The position numbers and the translations under genes were made by a program. Below the pieces are notes generated by a model. The model did no database searches and was not told where the DNA came from. It was given only the letters and a program-made list of their open reading frames with translations. DNA of 60,886 bases from Alphaproteobacteria bacterium (GTDB taxonomy: Bacteria; Pseudomonadota; Alphaproteobacteria; CAAGCB01; CAG-977), in the NCBI GenBank assembly GCA_017539865.1, contig JAFYCE010000049.1, forward strand, positions 1-60,886, written 5' to 3'. Each line of letters opens with the position of its first letter. Position 1 is the first letter of the stretch. Shown piece by piece: positions 19,917 to 30,396 of the stretch.

Positions 19917-21065
19917 ATGTCTTTCTTTTCAAACAGGGACTTGAATTTTCTGAACGCTCATTACGGACTGCGCGCGATGGGCTGGGAAATGTGCTCCATG
20001 TTCACATTGGCCTATCTGTATAAACAAGGGCTTTCCCTGCCGTTGGCTTTTACCGTTTATGCCGGTATGCTGTTTGTTCGCACGCTGACCCGACCGATCG
20101 CAATGTGGCTCTGTTTGAAAAAAGGTGTTCATTTTACCCTGATGATCGGAACGGCCGTTTTTGCCTGTCGCTATCCGGCCATGTTGCCGATTAAAGGGTT
20201 AAGCTGGATGTTAGCGCCGTTTATGCTGGTTTCGGGATTGGCCGATGTTTTGTATTGGGTGCCGTATCACAACTATTTTGCTTCAATCGGCGATTCGGAA
20301 GACCGAGGTTCCAGCGTTGGCATCCGTGACGCCATTGCCACCGTCGTCGCGGTGATAGGCCCCGTTTTCGGCGGATTGTTGTTGGCCGTCAATGCTTTTT
20401 ACGCATTCATGATGCCGTTTGTTTTGACATTGATTGCCGTCCTGCCTTTGCTGAAAACACCCTCGCTGCCGCTGCCGGCGAAACCGACGGCGGAAGAAAA
20501 GAAACACATCGACCCGTTCGGCTTTATCGTTTTCATCGGTGACGGACTGTTTTATCAGGCCGGCGCGATCTGGCCGCTGATCGTTTTCATGATTTTAAGC
20601 GAAAATTACGGAAACTTCGGCTTTATTCTTGCTTTAGCGGCGTTCTTCCGAGCCATGGGCAGCATGCTGTTCGGCAAGATGATCGATAAAGGCAAAGGGG
20701 CCTTGATTTGTTATATCGGATATGGCATGCACATTGCCATTCTGACGATTCGCGGCCTGTTCGCTTATACGGTTCCGGTTATCATCGCCTGTGACTTTTT
20801 TGCCGCCATTGCGTATTGCTTTTCGATGACCGGATTGATGACCGCCGTTTATAACGCGACCAAAAAAGCAAAACATCCGTTGTATTTCACCTACTACACG
20901 GAGTTGGGATGGGATGTCGGCGCGGTTTCCGCCATGCTGATGTGCGCCGGATTGACGGCGTTGGACATCAATCTGCGTTGGGGATTGATTATTTCGATTG
21001 CCGGAGCCGCCTTGAAAATCTTTGTTCTCGGCCGCTATTATCGCAAGCACGGAAATCACGGCTGA
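19917..21065 (+). CDS. Polytopic membrane protein, MFS-transporter-like
   Basis: It has about 11-12 hydrophobic segments over its whole length and no soluble domain. Confidence 0.5.
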   Translation: MSFFSNRDLNFLNAHYGLRAMGWEMCSMFTLAYLYKQGLSLPLAFTVYAGMLFVRTLTRPIAMWLCLKKGVHFTLMIGTAVFACRYPAMLPIKGLSWMLAPFMLVSGLADVLYWVPYHNYFASIGDSEDRGSSVGIRDAIATVVAVIGPVFGGLLLAVNAFYAFMMPFVLTLIAVLPLLKTPSLPLPAKPTAEEKKHIDPFGFIVFIGDGLFYQAGAIWPLIVFMILSENYGNFGFILALAAFFRAMGSMLFGKMIDKGKGALICYIGYGMHIAILTIRGLFAYTVPVIIACDFFAAIAYCFSMTGLMTAVYNATKKAKHPLYFTYYTELGWDVGAVSAMLMCAGLTALDINLRWGLIISIAGAALKIFVLGRYYRKHGNHG

Positions 21066-22039
21066 ACGTTCGCCGGTTCCCCCAAGGACAGGAAAATCTG
21101 CAACTGCGTCATATAGCTGTCATATTGACGTTTCATTCCCTCATCTTGAAACACGGGAACGCCGTCGACAAGCGTATATTTGTTTTTTTCTTCCGATTGA
21201 AAAGCTTTCAGCATGCTTTCGAATAAACCGGCGCGCATTTTTTCGGAAAACAAAAAACCGTCCAATTCCGCCAAGACCGCCTTCAACTGCCGTTCCCGCA
21301 TTCTCTTCAGATCGTTGATCGACATCTTGTCCAACCGTTTTTGCAATTCCGTCTTGATAACGGATAATTCATCCGATTTTTCCTGCAGCAGTTTCTGAAC
21401 CGTCTCCATCCTTTTGCCTGCCTGAATGGCGGCTCGAGGTGTCAGAACGGCTTCCGGCGACAACGCCGCCACCATTTGAGGCCGGATATTTTCGAAATAA
21501 TCGGACAAGACATTGTTTCGTATCGCGTCAAAATCGGGTTCCCGATGCAAATAGGCCATCCGGACGGTCAGAAAATAACCGGCTGCCAGAAAACAAAGGA
21601 AGCCCGCCAGCAACATTTTATCCCAAAGCGACGTTTTGACGCATTTCACCGAACAAGCCAGCGATTTATCCCAGAAAACGCCTTTGCGCCGGAAAAACAA
21701 AATTGCCGTACACGCCGGTAAAATCAACGAAATATACGGCAGGAAAAACCCCATTCCCATGCCGAAAACAAAAAACGACCGCTTTAAAGCGAGCGGATAC
21801 GATAATTTTTTGCCTTCTGCGTCAAAGACATAAACGCCCGTCAATTTTTTTCCCGCCGTTGTCGCGAACGAATTCAACAAAGCGGCTTCGACGAAAGGGT
21901 ATATCCAAAAAGACGCATAAAAGAACAACGACGGCGAACGAAGATCGCCCGTTTTTTCCCCGAGAACGGCAACGGTTATCATTCCCCACAACAGATAATC
22001 GATAAAGCGGGCGGCGGCTCTTTTGAAAAAGCAGAACAT
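21056..22039 (-). CDS. RDD-family membrane protein with a long cytoplasmic coiled-coil-like C-terminal domain
   Basis: The N-terminus (RAAARFIDYLLWG) plus 3-4 TM segments is RDD-like. The C-terminal 150 aa or so are hydrophilic and helical in character. Confidence 0.5.
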   Translation of the reverse strand: MFCFFKRAAARFIDYLLWGMITVAVLGEKTGDLRSPSLFFYASFWIYPFVEAALLNSFATTAGKKLTGVYVFDAEGKKLSYPLALKRSFFVFGMGMGFFLPYISLILPACTAILFFRRKGVFWDKSLACSVKCVKTSLWDKMLLAGFLCFLAAGYFLTVRMAYLHREPDFDAIRNNVLSDYFENIRPQMVAALSPEAVLTPRAAIQAGKRMETVQKLLQEKSDELSVIKTELQKRLDKMSINDLKRMRERQLKAVLAELDGFLFSEKMRAGLFESMLKAFQSEEKNKYTLVDGVPVFQDEGMKRQYDSYMTQLQIFLSLGEPANVQP

Positions 22040-22091
22040 CGAGATTTTCCATATTTATTTTCGACCATTGAAAGAGTAACGCGTTTTGCAT

Positions 22092-23381
22092 TTACTTTTC
22101 AACCGGTTTGATTTCCCAGCTTTTTTTATTTTGAGGCTCGGCCAGAACGAAATCGTCCGACTTCGGCCGGACAAGGATTTGCGTCGGGTAAAGACTGTGC
22201 GCGCCGGAAATCATATAACTGACGATGCAAACGATACCGGCAAACGGGGCGATAGCGGCTCCGAACAATTCCACGGCCAGAAAAACGGCGGCGACCGGCG
22301 TATTGACCGCGCCTGCGACACAGCCGACGAATCCCAGTGCGCCGAAAAAGGCGATATCCAGTCCGAAAATGCCGGCGAACAAAGCTCCGGCCGCCGCGCC
22401 GATGTAAAAAGTCGGGGTCAGAACGCCGCCCGAACCGCCGCCGGAAAGCGTTACACCCAATAAGAAGGATTTTAAAATGAAGGCATACCAAACAACGGAA
22501 CGCCCTGATAAAACGGCGTTCAATCCGTTTTCCCCCATACCCAGAAACGAATCGCCGAAACAGAAAACCGTTCCTAAAATCATGCCGGAAGCGATCAGGC
22601 TTTTACTCCAATCGGGCAGTTTTACCTTTTTAAAGGCGGACATGACGCCGTTTGCCGTTTTGATATGAATGATACAGACCAGCCCGAAAAAAATCGCGGC
22701 GAACAGGCACCATTCCAAAGCTTCGGGCGTCAAAGCGGGAATGTAAATATTGTACGGAGTGTACGGAACGTTCATCCGGCCGCAAACCATGAAAGCGACA
22801 ACGGCACTGATTAACGCCGGCAAAAGAACGGGGTAAAAAAGCTCTCCGACGAACAGAACTTCGACGCCGAAAACGGCTCCGGCGACAGGAGCGCCGAAAA
22901 CGGCGGACAAAGCGGCCGCCACACCGCAAACGACCAATTTCTTGCGATCTTTGACGGTTAATTTGAACCGCCGCGCCAAAGTCGACATCAATCCCGCGCC
23001 GATTTGGACGCTCGGGCCTTCCGTACCGACAACCGCCCCCGGAGCCAATGTAAAGATGGTCGAAAGGATTTTGACCGGCACAACGGCGAACGGAATGAAC
23101 GCTTCTTTGTAATGAATCGCCGCGATAACTTTGTCCGTTCCATGACCGGCGGCAGCGGGCGCAAGAAATTTTATTGAATACAGACTGGCCAGCAATCCGG
23201 CGGGAATCAGGGCGTATCGCCAATCCGGCAGAGAATCGATAAAATCGATTGCCTGATATAAAACGATCAAAAACGCGCCGACGACACAACCGACGACAAC
23301 GCCGCAAACGGCCGCCAAAAACAACCAGCGAACGAACCCTTTGAATAAGATTTCCTCGTCTTGCACTTCCGGATTCAGCAT
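22092..23381 (-). CDS. ClC-family voltage-gated chloride channel / H+-Cl- antiporter
   Basis: It carries the ClC selectivity motifs GHGTDKV (GSGIP position), GTEGPSVQIG (GxEGP) and GGVLTP (GxFxP-like). Confidence 0.85.
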   Translation of the reverse strand: MLNPEVQDEEILFKGFVRWLFLAAVCGVVVGCVVGAFLIVLYQAIDFIDSLPDWRYALIPAGLLASLYSIKFLAPAAAGHGTDKVIAAIHYKEAFIPFAVVPVKILSTIFTLAPGAVVGTEGPSVQIGAGLMSTLARRFKLTVKDRKKLVVCGVAAALSAVFGAPVAGAVFGVEVLFVGELFYPVLLPALISAVVAFMVCGRMNVPYTPYNIYIPALTPEALEWCLFAAIFFGLVCIIHIKTANGVMSAFKKVKLPDWSKSLIASGMILGTVFCFGDSFLGMGENGLNAVLSGRSVVWYAFILKSFLLGVTLSGGGSGGVLTPTFYIGAAAGALFAGIFGLDIAFFGALGFVGCVAGAVNTPVAAVFLAVELFGAAIAPFAGIVCIVSYMISGAHSLYPTQILVRPKSDDFVLAEPQNKKSWEIKPVEK

Positions 23382-23654
23382 TTTTCCTCCGTTTCAAACA
23401 TTTTCTGCGACTGTAAACAAACGGGACGAAGACTCAAAGATGACCGTCAGACTATAAAACGAACGGATGTCGCCGGAAGAAAAAACCGTTTTGTTCAGCC
23501 TGTTTCCGGCGGATATGGCGGAAAGCCTTGATTCTGAAAAATTGAATTTCTAAAAAAATTTTTATATTTGTCTAAAAATTTCTTGACATTTTACCCTTAT
23601 CGCTCCAGTATGTAATCGTAAATAAATTTTTACATAAACAGGTTAGGAACCGTT

Positions 23655-26012
23655 ATGGCTGAAGAAGTTAAAGAAACAAACACGAAATCCCCGATGCTCG
23701 ACGCCTTTATGAAGGCCGGCAAAATCTCCGTTTTCGAAAGCGGGCTGGATCGCCCCGATCATTTGGAAGAACGCCCGTTCTTCAATTTATTGCCGCGGGA
23801 AAAAGTATCCTTCGTCAATATGAGCGAAACCGCCGACAAATTGTATATTAAAACCGCTGATGAAATGGCGGCGGATCAGTCGCTGGATACGGAAGCGCAC
23901 CAATTCTTCCAGAATGTGGAAAAACGTTTCCGCACGGTTGCGCCCGGCACCACGATTTTCATCATCGATCCGGATGCGGTTCAGGGACGTTACCTGATGG
24001 ATCAGTCGCCCGACCGCAGTCTGAACAAGTCTTTGTATATGTATGTCGAAGACAAGTTGCAGAAAGCCTCGGCGGGAAAAGGCCAAACGATTATGACAAA
24101 GAAAGAGGTTCTGGACGAAGTCAACAATTCCGCTGTTTCCGATCGCAACCCGTTTTCCATGCGTGCCGTTATCGCGCCGACCGATAAAAATCTGGCCGGT
24201 TTGGGCAATGTCAATCTGGTGATCGGCGACAATCCGGATGCGATGTCTCCCAACGTGTTGGATACGGTTATCGGTTCCGAAAAGCGCCGTGTGAAAGAGG
24301 GAATTTCCCGTGACGAATTTCGTCGCTTGGTCGTTTATCATGAATTGGGACACGCAACGGACAATAATTATTGTTCCTCGTTAAACTCCATTGAAAAAAT
24401 CACAAAAACGGAACTGGACGACGTGATGGATCGTCACCGTACGGAATGCATTGCCGATGCCCATGCCACACTGCAGCTGGCTCGCGATTTCGGAAATACG
24501 AAGTGCGCCGAACTGTGGGGCGACTGCCGCATAGAATATCTGCGTATGTGCGTGGAAAATCGTTTTGACGAAGTAAAATACGACAATGATTTCATGAAGT
24601 CTTTGCGTGAAGCTGATAAAAAGACGCACGCCTTGAATCCGGCCGATCCCGATTACGAAAACAAGTTCAAACAACTGATGCTTGACAAACATGTTGCGGA
24701 CACGATTAAAAAATTGGGAACGCCGTTGGCCTATCATACGACGGACGTCATTGATGCGACCGTCAAATGGGCGAAAGAGCATCTGGCGGACGGTTCCTTG
24801 CAGAAAATGACCGACGCCGAAGTCATCAAACAGGCGCAAGTCATGTCTGAAACCTACGGATTGACGCGTCAGCAGATGGCGGAAATGTCGATCGCTTTGG
24901 CAAAGGGCGAAAAGCATCCGAAATACGAACAGATGATGGCTCGTGTTCAGGAAGGTCGGGCTCGTATGCCTATTGACGTCAAAGAGCAGGAAAAGCAGTA
25001 CGAACTGCGCCGCGAATTGAGAGCGTATCGTGAAACGGCTCGGTTTTACGCCAATTTGGGATTGCCCATTCCTGACGTCAAAAAGTCGGTTTCGAAAGAT
25101 TTGCTGAAAAAGATGGCGATTGATCAAGTCGTCGGGCAGAACATGCAGACTTTGGAACAGATCAGCATTGATAAATATCAGCAGGACTTGCTGGACAAGC
25201 TGGAAAAAACGGCGTCCCGCGAAGATATGCGCGTTGTTCTGAGTAAAGAAAAAGAAGCCCTGCGCGCCGCCGGTAAAAACGACAACGGCAAGAAGGATCT
25301 GTTTGCGGGTACGAAGCTGAAAGTCGTCGATTCCGTTATTGCGGAAGCTCCGAATGTGGAAGCCATTATGGCGACGAACAAAGTCATCAAGAAACAGTTG
25401 GCCGATATCAAATCGACGACGGAAGTTTCCGGTGAAAAGGCTTTGGTGCACTTCGTCAAAAACGAATTGCGCGAAACCGCGTCCATGAGCAAGGTGCTGA
25501 ATCAGGCGTTCAACCGCAAGGGCGATCAGACGCCGGCCGAACAGCTTTCCGCGATGCGTTCCGAATACAAGGAATTCAAAAAAGCGATGATCGCGGAAAA
25601 GGAAACGCAAATCGCCGCCTTTGCGATTCGTTCGGACAAGGAAACGTGGGCGTCGGTTTCCGCCGATCCCGTTCTGTCGGTGCTGATCGATCAAAAAGCC
25701 AAGCAGAAACCGGATGCCGTTTTGGCTCAGTATCAGATGAACATGGGAAGCATGAACAAAGAAATCGCTGCCACCCTGTTTCAGGATGTTTCCGCAACGC
25801 ACAAATATCTGGTGGAAACATTCACGGGCAATGCGGCTTCGGCGACGGCATTGAAAGCGAACGACGCCCGTATGTTCGATACGATGAAACAGTATGCGGA
25901 CAGTCTGAAAACGACGGAAACGGTTTCTCCGCTGAATCTGAAAAACTTCAAGATCGCGCAAAAGAAAACGGTTCTGGAACAGATCGCTTTAAAAACTCAG
26001 AAGCAAAGATAA
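23655..26012 (+). CDS. Large hydrophilic protein of unknown function with an HExxH motif (possible metallopeptidase/effector)
   Basis: The 785-aa ORF has no signal peptide or TM segment. HELGH lies at aa 229-233 (nt 24339-24353). The rest is K/E/Q-rich. A strong terminator follows. Confidence 0.55.
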   Translation: MAEEVKETNTKSPMLDAFMKAGKISVFESGLDRPDHLEERPFFNLLPREKVSFVNMSETADKLYIKTADEMAADQSLDTEAHQFFQNVEKRFRTVAPGTTIFIIDPDAVQGRYLMDQSPDRSLNKSLYMYVEDKLQKASAGKGQTIMTKKEVLDEVNNSAVSDRNPFSMRAVIAPTDKNLAGLGNVNLVIGDNPDAMSPNVLDTVIGSEKRRVKEGISRDEFRRLVVYHELGHATDNNYCSSLNSIEKITKTELDDVMDRHRTECIADAHATLQLARDFGNTKCAELWGDCRIEYLRMCVENRFDEVKYDNDFMKSLREADKKTHALNPADPDYENKFKQLMLDKHVADTIKKLGTPLAYHTTDVIDATVKWAKEHLADGSLQKMTDAEVIKQAQVMSETYGLTRQQMAEMSIALAKGEKHPKYEQMMARVQEGRARMPIDVKEQEKQYELRRELRAYRETARFYANLGLPIPDVKKSVSKDLLKKMAIDQVVGQNMQTLEQISIDKYQQDLLDKLEKTASREDMRVVLSKEKEALRAAGKNDNGKKDLFAGTKLKVVDSVIAEAPNVEAIMATNKVIKKQLADIKSTTEVSGEKALVHFVKNELRETASMSKVLNQAFNRKGDQTPAEQLSAMRSEYKEFKKAMIAEKETQIAAFAIRSDKETWASVSADPVLSVLIDQKAKQKPDAVLAQYQMNMGSMNKEIAATLFQDVSATHKYLVETFTGNAASATALKANDARMFDTMKQYADSLKTTETVSPLNLKNFKIAQKKTVLEQIALKTQKQR

Positions 26013-26044
26013 GTCTTTGATTTATTTTAGATACGAAACCCCGC

Positions 26045-26078
26045 TTTTCAGCGGGGTTTCCGTTTTTTAACAAAACTT
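26045..26078 (+). terminator. Rho-independent terminator
   Basis: A 10-bp stem (gaaaccccgc / gcggggtttc) with a 6-nt loop is followed by cgtttttt. Confidence 0.65.
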
Positions 26079-26132
26079 ACCTCTACCCGTGGCGATATTG
26101 TTTTAACGACCGACATCTTTTATCTTCATATT

Positions 26133-26963
26133 ATGAACAAAATGAAAGATGAAAAAAAAATCATTCTGCCGTCCGGCCGCATCGTTCCCGCTTTGGGGTT
26201 GGGGATGTGGTATCTCGGCGAAGATGCGGGCGCTTTTTTCAAAGAAGCCGATCTGATCCGTCAGGCATTGGATTTCGGATACAAAGCCTTTGATACGGCG
26301 GAAATGTACGGACACGGCGGAGCGGAGGAGGTCTTGGGCGAAGCGGTTGCCGACTGCCGTGACGAAGTGTTTCTGACATCAAAAGTATCCCCTGCGCTTT
26401 CCTCATACGATGAAATCGTCGAAGCGTGTGAAAAAAGTCTGGAGCGGCTTCGAACCGATTATTTGGATATGTATCTGCTGCATTGGGGAACATATCGCAA
26501 TCGTCCGGAGGAAGTGCTGGAAGCGTTTACCGACTTGAAAGAAGACGGAAAGATTCTGGATTTCGGCGTTTCTCATTTCGACCTGAAAGACTTTAAAGAA
26601 TGGCTTTCTTTTGAAAACGCCGAAGAAACCGCTATGAATCAGGCTTTTTTCAATCCCTGCCATCGTCAAATGGAAAAGGAATTGCTGCCCTTTTGCCAAA
26701 AAAGGAATATCCCTTTGATTGCCTATGCGCCGACAGACGTATGCGCCGCCGCTTATAAAAATACCGTCGTCTGCAAAATAGCGCGCGCCCATAACGCCTC
26801 GTCACGTCAAATAGTGCTGGCGTGGCTGTTGGGAAAAGAAAATGTCGGCGTCCTTGTCAAAGCGCTGTCGAAAAAAGCCCTGCAAGATTGCTTTCGCGCC
26901 CAATTCATCACGCTTCCGCCCGAAGAAACGGACGCGCTGAACACGATTTTTCCGTTATACTGA
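26133..26963 (+). CDS. Aldo/keto reductase
   Basis: AKR signatures are present: LGLGMW, FDTAEMYG, LHW. Confidence 0.85.
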   Translation: MNKMKDEKKIILPSGRIVPALGLGMWYLGEDAGAFFKEADLIRQALDFGYKAFDTAEMYGHGGAEEVLGEAVADCRDEVFLTSKVSPALSSYDEIVEACEKSLERLRTDYLDMYLLHWGTYRNRPEEVLEAFTDLKEDGKILDFGVSHFDLKDFKEWLSFENAEETAMNQAFFNPCHRQMEKELLPFCQKRNIPLIAYAPTDVCAAAYKNTVVCKIARAHNASSRQIVLAWLLGKENVGVLVKALSKKALQDCFRAQFITLPPEETDALNTIFPLY

Positions 26964-26964
26964 T

Positions 26965-27714
26965 TTATTCGACGTGCACCGCCGTCAATCGCGCGGCGAC
27001 AGCATCCGCCGCATCGGCCGGTGTGGCGACCGACGCTAAAACAGCATAAACATCCTTCTGCGTCAAACCGGAAAACTCAATCAAAGCCGCTATGTATTCC
27101 CGATTTCCTTTAGCCAACTCGGTATAATTCTTCAAAACGAATTTTTTGACCTGCATTTTAACAGCGTCAAATCGCGTCGCTTTTGAAGCGCTCAGCGGCA
27201 TCATTTCCACATAAAACTGATTTTTATCATAAGCCAGATAATAACCGAACGGATTGAATTCCGTTGTGGAAGTAAACGGCAAAGCGACTAAATCAACGAT
27301 AAATTTTCCGAAATTATAAAACAGGTTCACGGTCGATGTCGGACTGGTCGTTGCCGCATCCGCCCCCAATTCCGACAGATTCGACGTTATATCGGAACTT
27401 TCCTGAGTCGTCCAAACGACGGAACTGGCGCGCGATATCACGCTCTTTTCCTCCGGCTGATTGCGGTAGACGATGATTCTGGCGTCATGATATCCGGAAG
27501 CTTTCAATGTGATGACACCCATTCCCGCCTGCTTCAAAATATGTTCCTTTGCCGCCGGCTGAATTTCCCGTCCGTTGATCCAAACGGCCGCCGGAACGTT
27601 TGAAGAAACGGAAATATCCGTTTCTTTTTCCTGATCCAGACTGTTGTAATGCGTTAAAGAACATCCGCCGAGCAAAACGGCGCCGAGAACTCGAAAAATT
27701 CGAACCGTCTTCAT
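26965..27714 (-). CDS. Lipoprotein with a PEGA-like domain
   Basis: It has a signal peptide plus lipobox (LLGGC). The segment VWINGREI ... ITLKASGYHDARIIV resembles a PEGA domain. Confidence 0.55.
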   Translation of the reverse strand: MKTVRIFRVLGAVLLGGCSLTHYNSLDQEKETDISVSSNVPAAVWINGREIQPAAKEHILKQAGMGVITLKASGYHDARIIVYRNQPEEKSVISRASSVVWTTQESSDITSNLSELGADAATTSPTSTVNLFYNFGKFIVDLVALPFTSTTEFNPFGYYLAYDKNQFYVEMMPLSASKATRFDAVKMQVKKFVLKNYTELAKGNREYIAALIEFSGLTQKDVYAVLASVATPADAADAVAARLTAVHVE

Positions 27715-27937
27715 AAAAACCCCTTCTTTTAAAGCAACCGGTTACATTCTTATTATCATATTTCGCCATTAAAAGCACGCATTACCTGCGAATGATAAAA
27801 AAACTGTTTTCCGCCGAAGGAAACGCTTGCTTTTTTTTTAATTTGTGGCAAATTATCTATGCTTTTAAAGTTCACTCGGGGGTGTCCGGCTGAAAAGGGC
27901 GCCCTCATTAAAAAACATTTTTTCAAGGAGAAAATAC

Positions 27938-28948
27938 ATGGCAGTTCGCGTTGCGATCAATGGTTTCGGCCGTATCGGTCGTTTGGCTTTCCGTGCTTTG
28001 GCCGAATCCGGCCGTACGGATGTTGATGTCGTTGCGATTAACGACTTGGGTTCGCCGAAGGCTAACGCTCATTTGTTGCAGTTTGATTCCGTTCACGGCC
28101 GCTTCCCCGGCGAAGTTTCCGCGACCGACGATTCGATTACCGTCAACGGCAAGACCGTTAAGGTTTTGGCTGAAGCCGATCCGACCAAATTGCCGTGGAA
28201 AGAAATGGACATCGATATCGTGTATGAATGCACGGGTCGTTTCACCGACGCCGACAAGGCGAAAGTCCATCTGGAAGCCGGCGCCAAACGCGTTTTGGTT
28301 TCCGCTCCGTCCAAAGGTGCTGATTTGACGGTTGTCTATGGCGTCAACGATGACAAACTGACCGCCGAACACAAGATTGTTTCCAACGCTTCCTGCACGA
28401 CAAACTGCTTGTCTCCGGTTGCCAAAGTCATTCATGAAAAATTCGGTATCGTCCGCGGCTACATGACCACGATTCACTCCTACACGGGCGATCAGCGCAC
28501 GGTTGATACGTTGCACAAAGACTTGTACCGCGCTCGTGCCGCCGCTATGTCCATGATCCCGACAACGACAGGTGCCGCAAAAGCCGTCGGTCTGGTTCTG
28601 CCGGAATTGGCCGGTAAGCTGCAGGGTTCCGCTATCCGCGTTCCGACTCCGGACGTTTCCGTTGTCGATCTGAAAGTCGTTCTGGAAAAGAGCACGACCG
28701 AAGAAGAAGTCAACGCCGCGATCAAAGCCGCTTCCGAATCTGGCCGCCTGAAAGGCATTCTGGGTTACAACGACCTGCCGCTGGTTTCCACCGACTTCAC
28801 GCATACCAGCTTCAGCTCCATTTTCCATGCCGACCAGACGAAAGTCATCGACGGCAACTTCCTGCGCATCATGAGCTGGTACGACAACGAATGGGGCTTC
28901 TCCAACCGTATGTCCGACACGGCTGTCGCTATGGCAAAGTTCATCTAA
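27938..28948 (+). CDS. gap: Glyceraldehyde-3-phosphate dehydrogenase, type I
   Basis: Signatures include INGFGRIGR, the active site SNASCTTNC and WYDNEWGFS. AAGGAG lies upstream. Confidence 0.95.
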   Translation: MAVRVAINGFGRIGRLAFRALAESGRTDVDVVAINDLGSPKANAHLLQFDSVHGRFPGEVSATDDSITVNGKTVKVLAEADPTKLPWKEMDIDIVYECTGRFTDADKAKVHLEAGAKRVLVSAPSKGADLTVVYGVNDDKLTAEHKIVSNASCTTNCLSPVAKVIHEKFGIVRGYMTTIHSYTGDQRTVDTLHKDLYRARAAAMSMIPTTTGAAKAVGLVLPELAGKLQGSAIRVPTPDVSVVDLKVVLEKSTTEEEVNAAIKAASESGRLKGILGYNDLPLVSTDFTHTSFSSIFHADQTKVIDGNFLRIMSWYDNEWGFSNRMSDTAVAMAKFI

Positions 28949-28963
28949 GGATTTCAACAATAA

Positions 28964-28999
28964 AGCGGCTTCCTCCCTCAAAGGAGGGAGCCGCTTCTT
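28964..28999 (+). terminator. Imperfect GC-rich hairpin between gap and pgk (attenuator/terminator candidate)
   Basis: The arms gcggct..ctccctc / gagggagccgc are followed by a T-rich tract. The left arm is bulged. Confidence 0.35.
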
Positions 29000-29022
29000 T
29001 TATGTAACAAAGGAAAAAACAA

Positions 29023-30213
29023 ATGGCTAAATTCAATACAATCAAAGATCTGGACGCCGCCGGAAAAGTCGTTTTCGTCCGCGCCGACCTGAACGTTCCC
29101 TTTAAAGACGGCAAAGTCACCGACACCACCCGTATCGACCGTTTCGTCCCGACCGTCAAAGCTTTGACGGACAAAGGCGCAAAAGTCGTCATCGCCTCCC
29201 ACTTCGGTCGTCCGAAAGGACAGGTCGTTCCCGAAATGTCTTTGGGACAGATCGTCGGTGATGTCGAAAAGGCTCTGGGTCAGAAAGTCGTTTTCGTTGA
29301 CGACTGCATCGGCGAAAAAGTCGAAGCCGCCATCAAAGCCATGAAAAACGGCGACGTCATTATGTTGGAAAATCTGCGCTTCTACGCTGAAGAAGAAAAG
29401 AACGACGCCGATTTCGCCGCCAAGTTGGCGAAAGACGTCGACATCTATGTCAACGACGCGTTTTCCTGCGCTCACCGCGCCCACGCCTCCACGGAAGGCA
29501 TGGCGAAATTAAAGCCGAATGCCGCCGGTCTGTTGATGCAGGCTGAACTGGAAGCTTTGGACGCCGCTTTGGGCAACCCCGTCCGTCCGGTCGTCGCGAT
29601 CGTCGGCGGAGCTAAAGTGTCCACGAAGTTGGATCTGCTGGGCAATCTGGTTGCCAAAGTCGACAAGTTGGTTATCGGCGGCGGCATGGCGAACACGTTC
29701 CTGTTTGCCAAAGGCATCAACGTCGGCAATTCCTTGTGCGAAAAGGAAATGGCCGATACGGCGCGCGAAATCATGAAGAAAGCGGAAACCGCGAAATGCG
29801 AAATCATTCTGCCGGTTGACGTTGTCGTTGCAAAAGAATTCGCCGAAAACGCCGAAAACAAGACGGTTGACGTGAACGCCGTTCCGGCTGACATGATGAT
29901 TTTGGACATCGGACCGAAATCCGTTGAAGAAATCAACAAGAAGCTGGCCGAATGCAAGACAGTGATTTGGAACGGCCCTGTCGGCGCGTTCGAAATCAAA
30001 CCGTTCAACAAAGCGACGTTTGCGATCGCCGAAGAAGTTGCCGCTTTGACGGCCAAGGGCTTGAAGTCCATCGGCGGCGGCGGCGATACGGTTTCTGCGC
30101 TGAAGAAAGCGGGCGTTGCCGATAAATTGTCCTATCTGTCCGCTGCGGGCGGCGCTTTCCTTGAATGGATGGAAGGAAAGATCCTGCCGGGCGTCAAAGT
30201 TTTGGAAAAATGA
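29023..30213 (+). CDS. pgk: Phosphoglycerate kinase
   Basis: The N-terminus is [18 protein letters not shown] and GGGDT follow, and it ends VLEK-TGA. Confidence 0.95.
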   Translation: MAKFNTIKDLDAAGKVVFVRADLNVPFKDGKVTDTTRIDRFVPTVKALTDKGAKVVIASHFGRPKGQVVPEMSLGQIVGDVEKALGQKVVFVDDCIGEKVEAAIKAMKNGDVIMLENLRFYAEEEKNDADFAAKLAKDVDIYVNDAFSCAHRAHASTEGMAKLKPNAAGLLMQAELEALDAALGNPVRPVVAIVGGAKVSTKLDLLGNLVAKVDKLVIGGGMANTFLFAKGINVGNSLCEKEMADTAREIMKKAETAKCEIILPVDVVVAKEFAENAENKTVDVNAVPADMMILDIGPKSVEEINKKLAECKTVIWNGPVGAFEIKPFNKATFAIAEEVAALTAKGLKSIGGGGDTVSALKKAGVADKLSYLSAAGGAFLEWMEGKILPGVKVLEK

Positions 30214-30233
30214 TTTTTCCAATAAAACGACAA

Positions 30234-30264
30234 AAGCCGCGTTTCCCACAAACGCGGCTTTTTT
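30234..30264 (+). terminator. Rho-independent terminator after pgk
   Basis: An 11-bp stem (aagccgcgttt / aaacgcggctt) with a 5-nt loop is followed by a T-run. Confidence 0.7.
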
Positions 30265-30396
30265 GTCAAGTCTTCAAAAGAAACATGAATGAAATCGCTT
30301 TTTGTTGAAAAGTATTTTTTCAAAATTTTGTCATTTTTCTTTTTTTAAAAGTGTGGTAGCATACTTATAATAATTTTTTTACACGGAGGAATTCCT

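Noticed and set aside
22630-23397. A 255-aa arginine-rich ORF lies on the same strand as the ClC gene, in another frame.
   Set aside because: The ClC frame carries the channel signature motifs. The alternative frame is R/G-rich low complexity.
23583-23612. A TTGACA lies upstream of the 785-aa ORFan and could be a promoter -35 element.
   Set aside because: No acceptable -10 hexamer occurs at 16-18-nt spacing. The best candidate, CAGTAT, matches only 3/6, so it was not reported as a feature.
24381-25961. A 526-aa ORF lies antisense to the 785-aa HExxH gene.
   Set aside because: The sequence is low-complexity and R/F/H/Q-rich, lacks an RBS, and lies entirely inside a better-supported sense gene. 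It is a typical shadow ORF.
27923-28981. A 352-aa ORF lies antisense to gap. Similar ORFs lie antisense to or overlap pgk (28978-29484, 29509-30249).
   Set aside because: gap and pgk are unambiguous on the plus strand. The antisense products are G/R/V-rich nonsense typical of the mirror frames of highly expressed genes.
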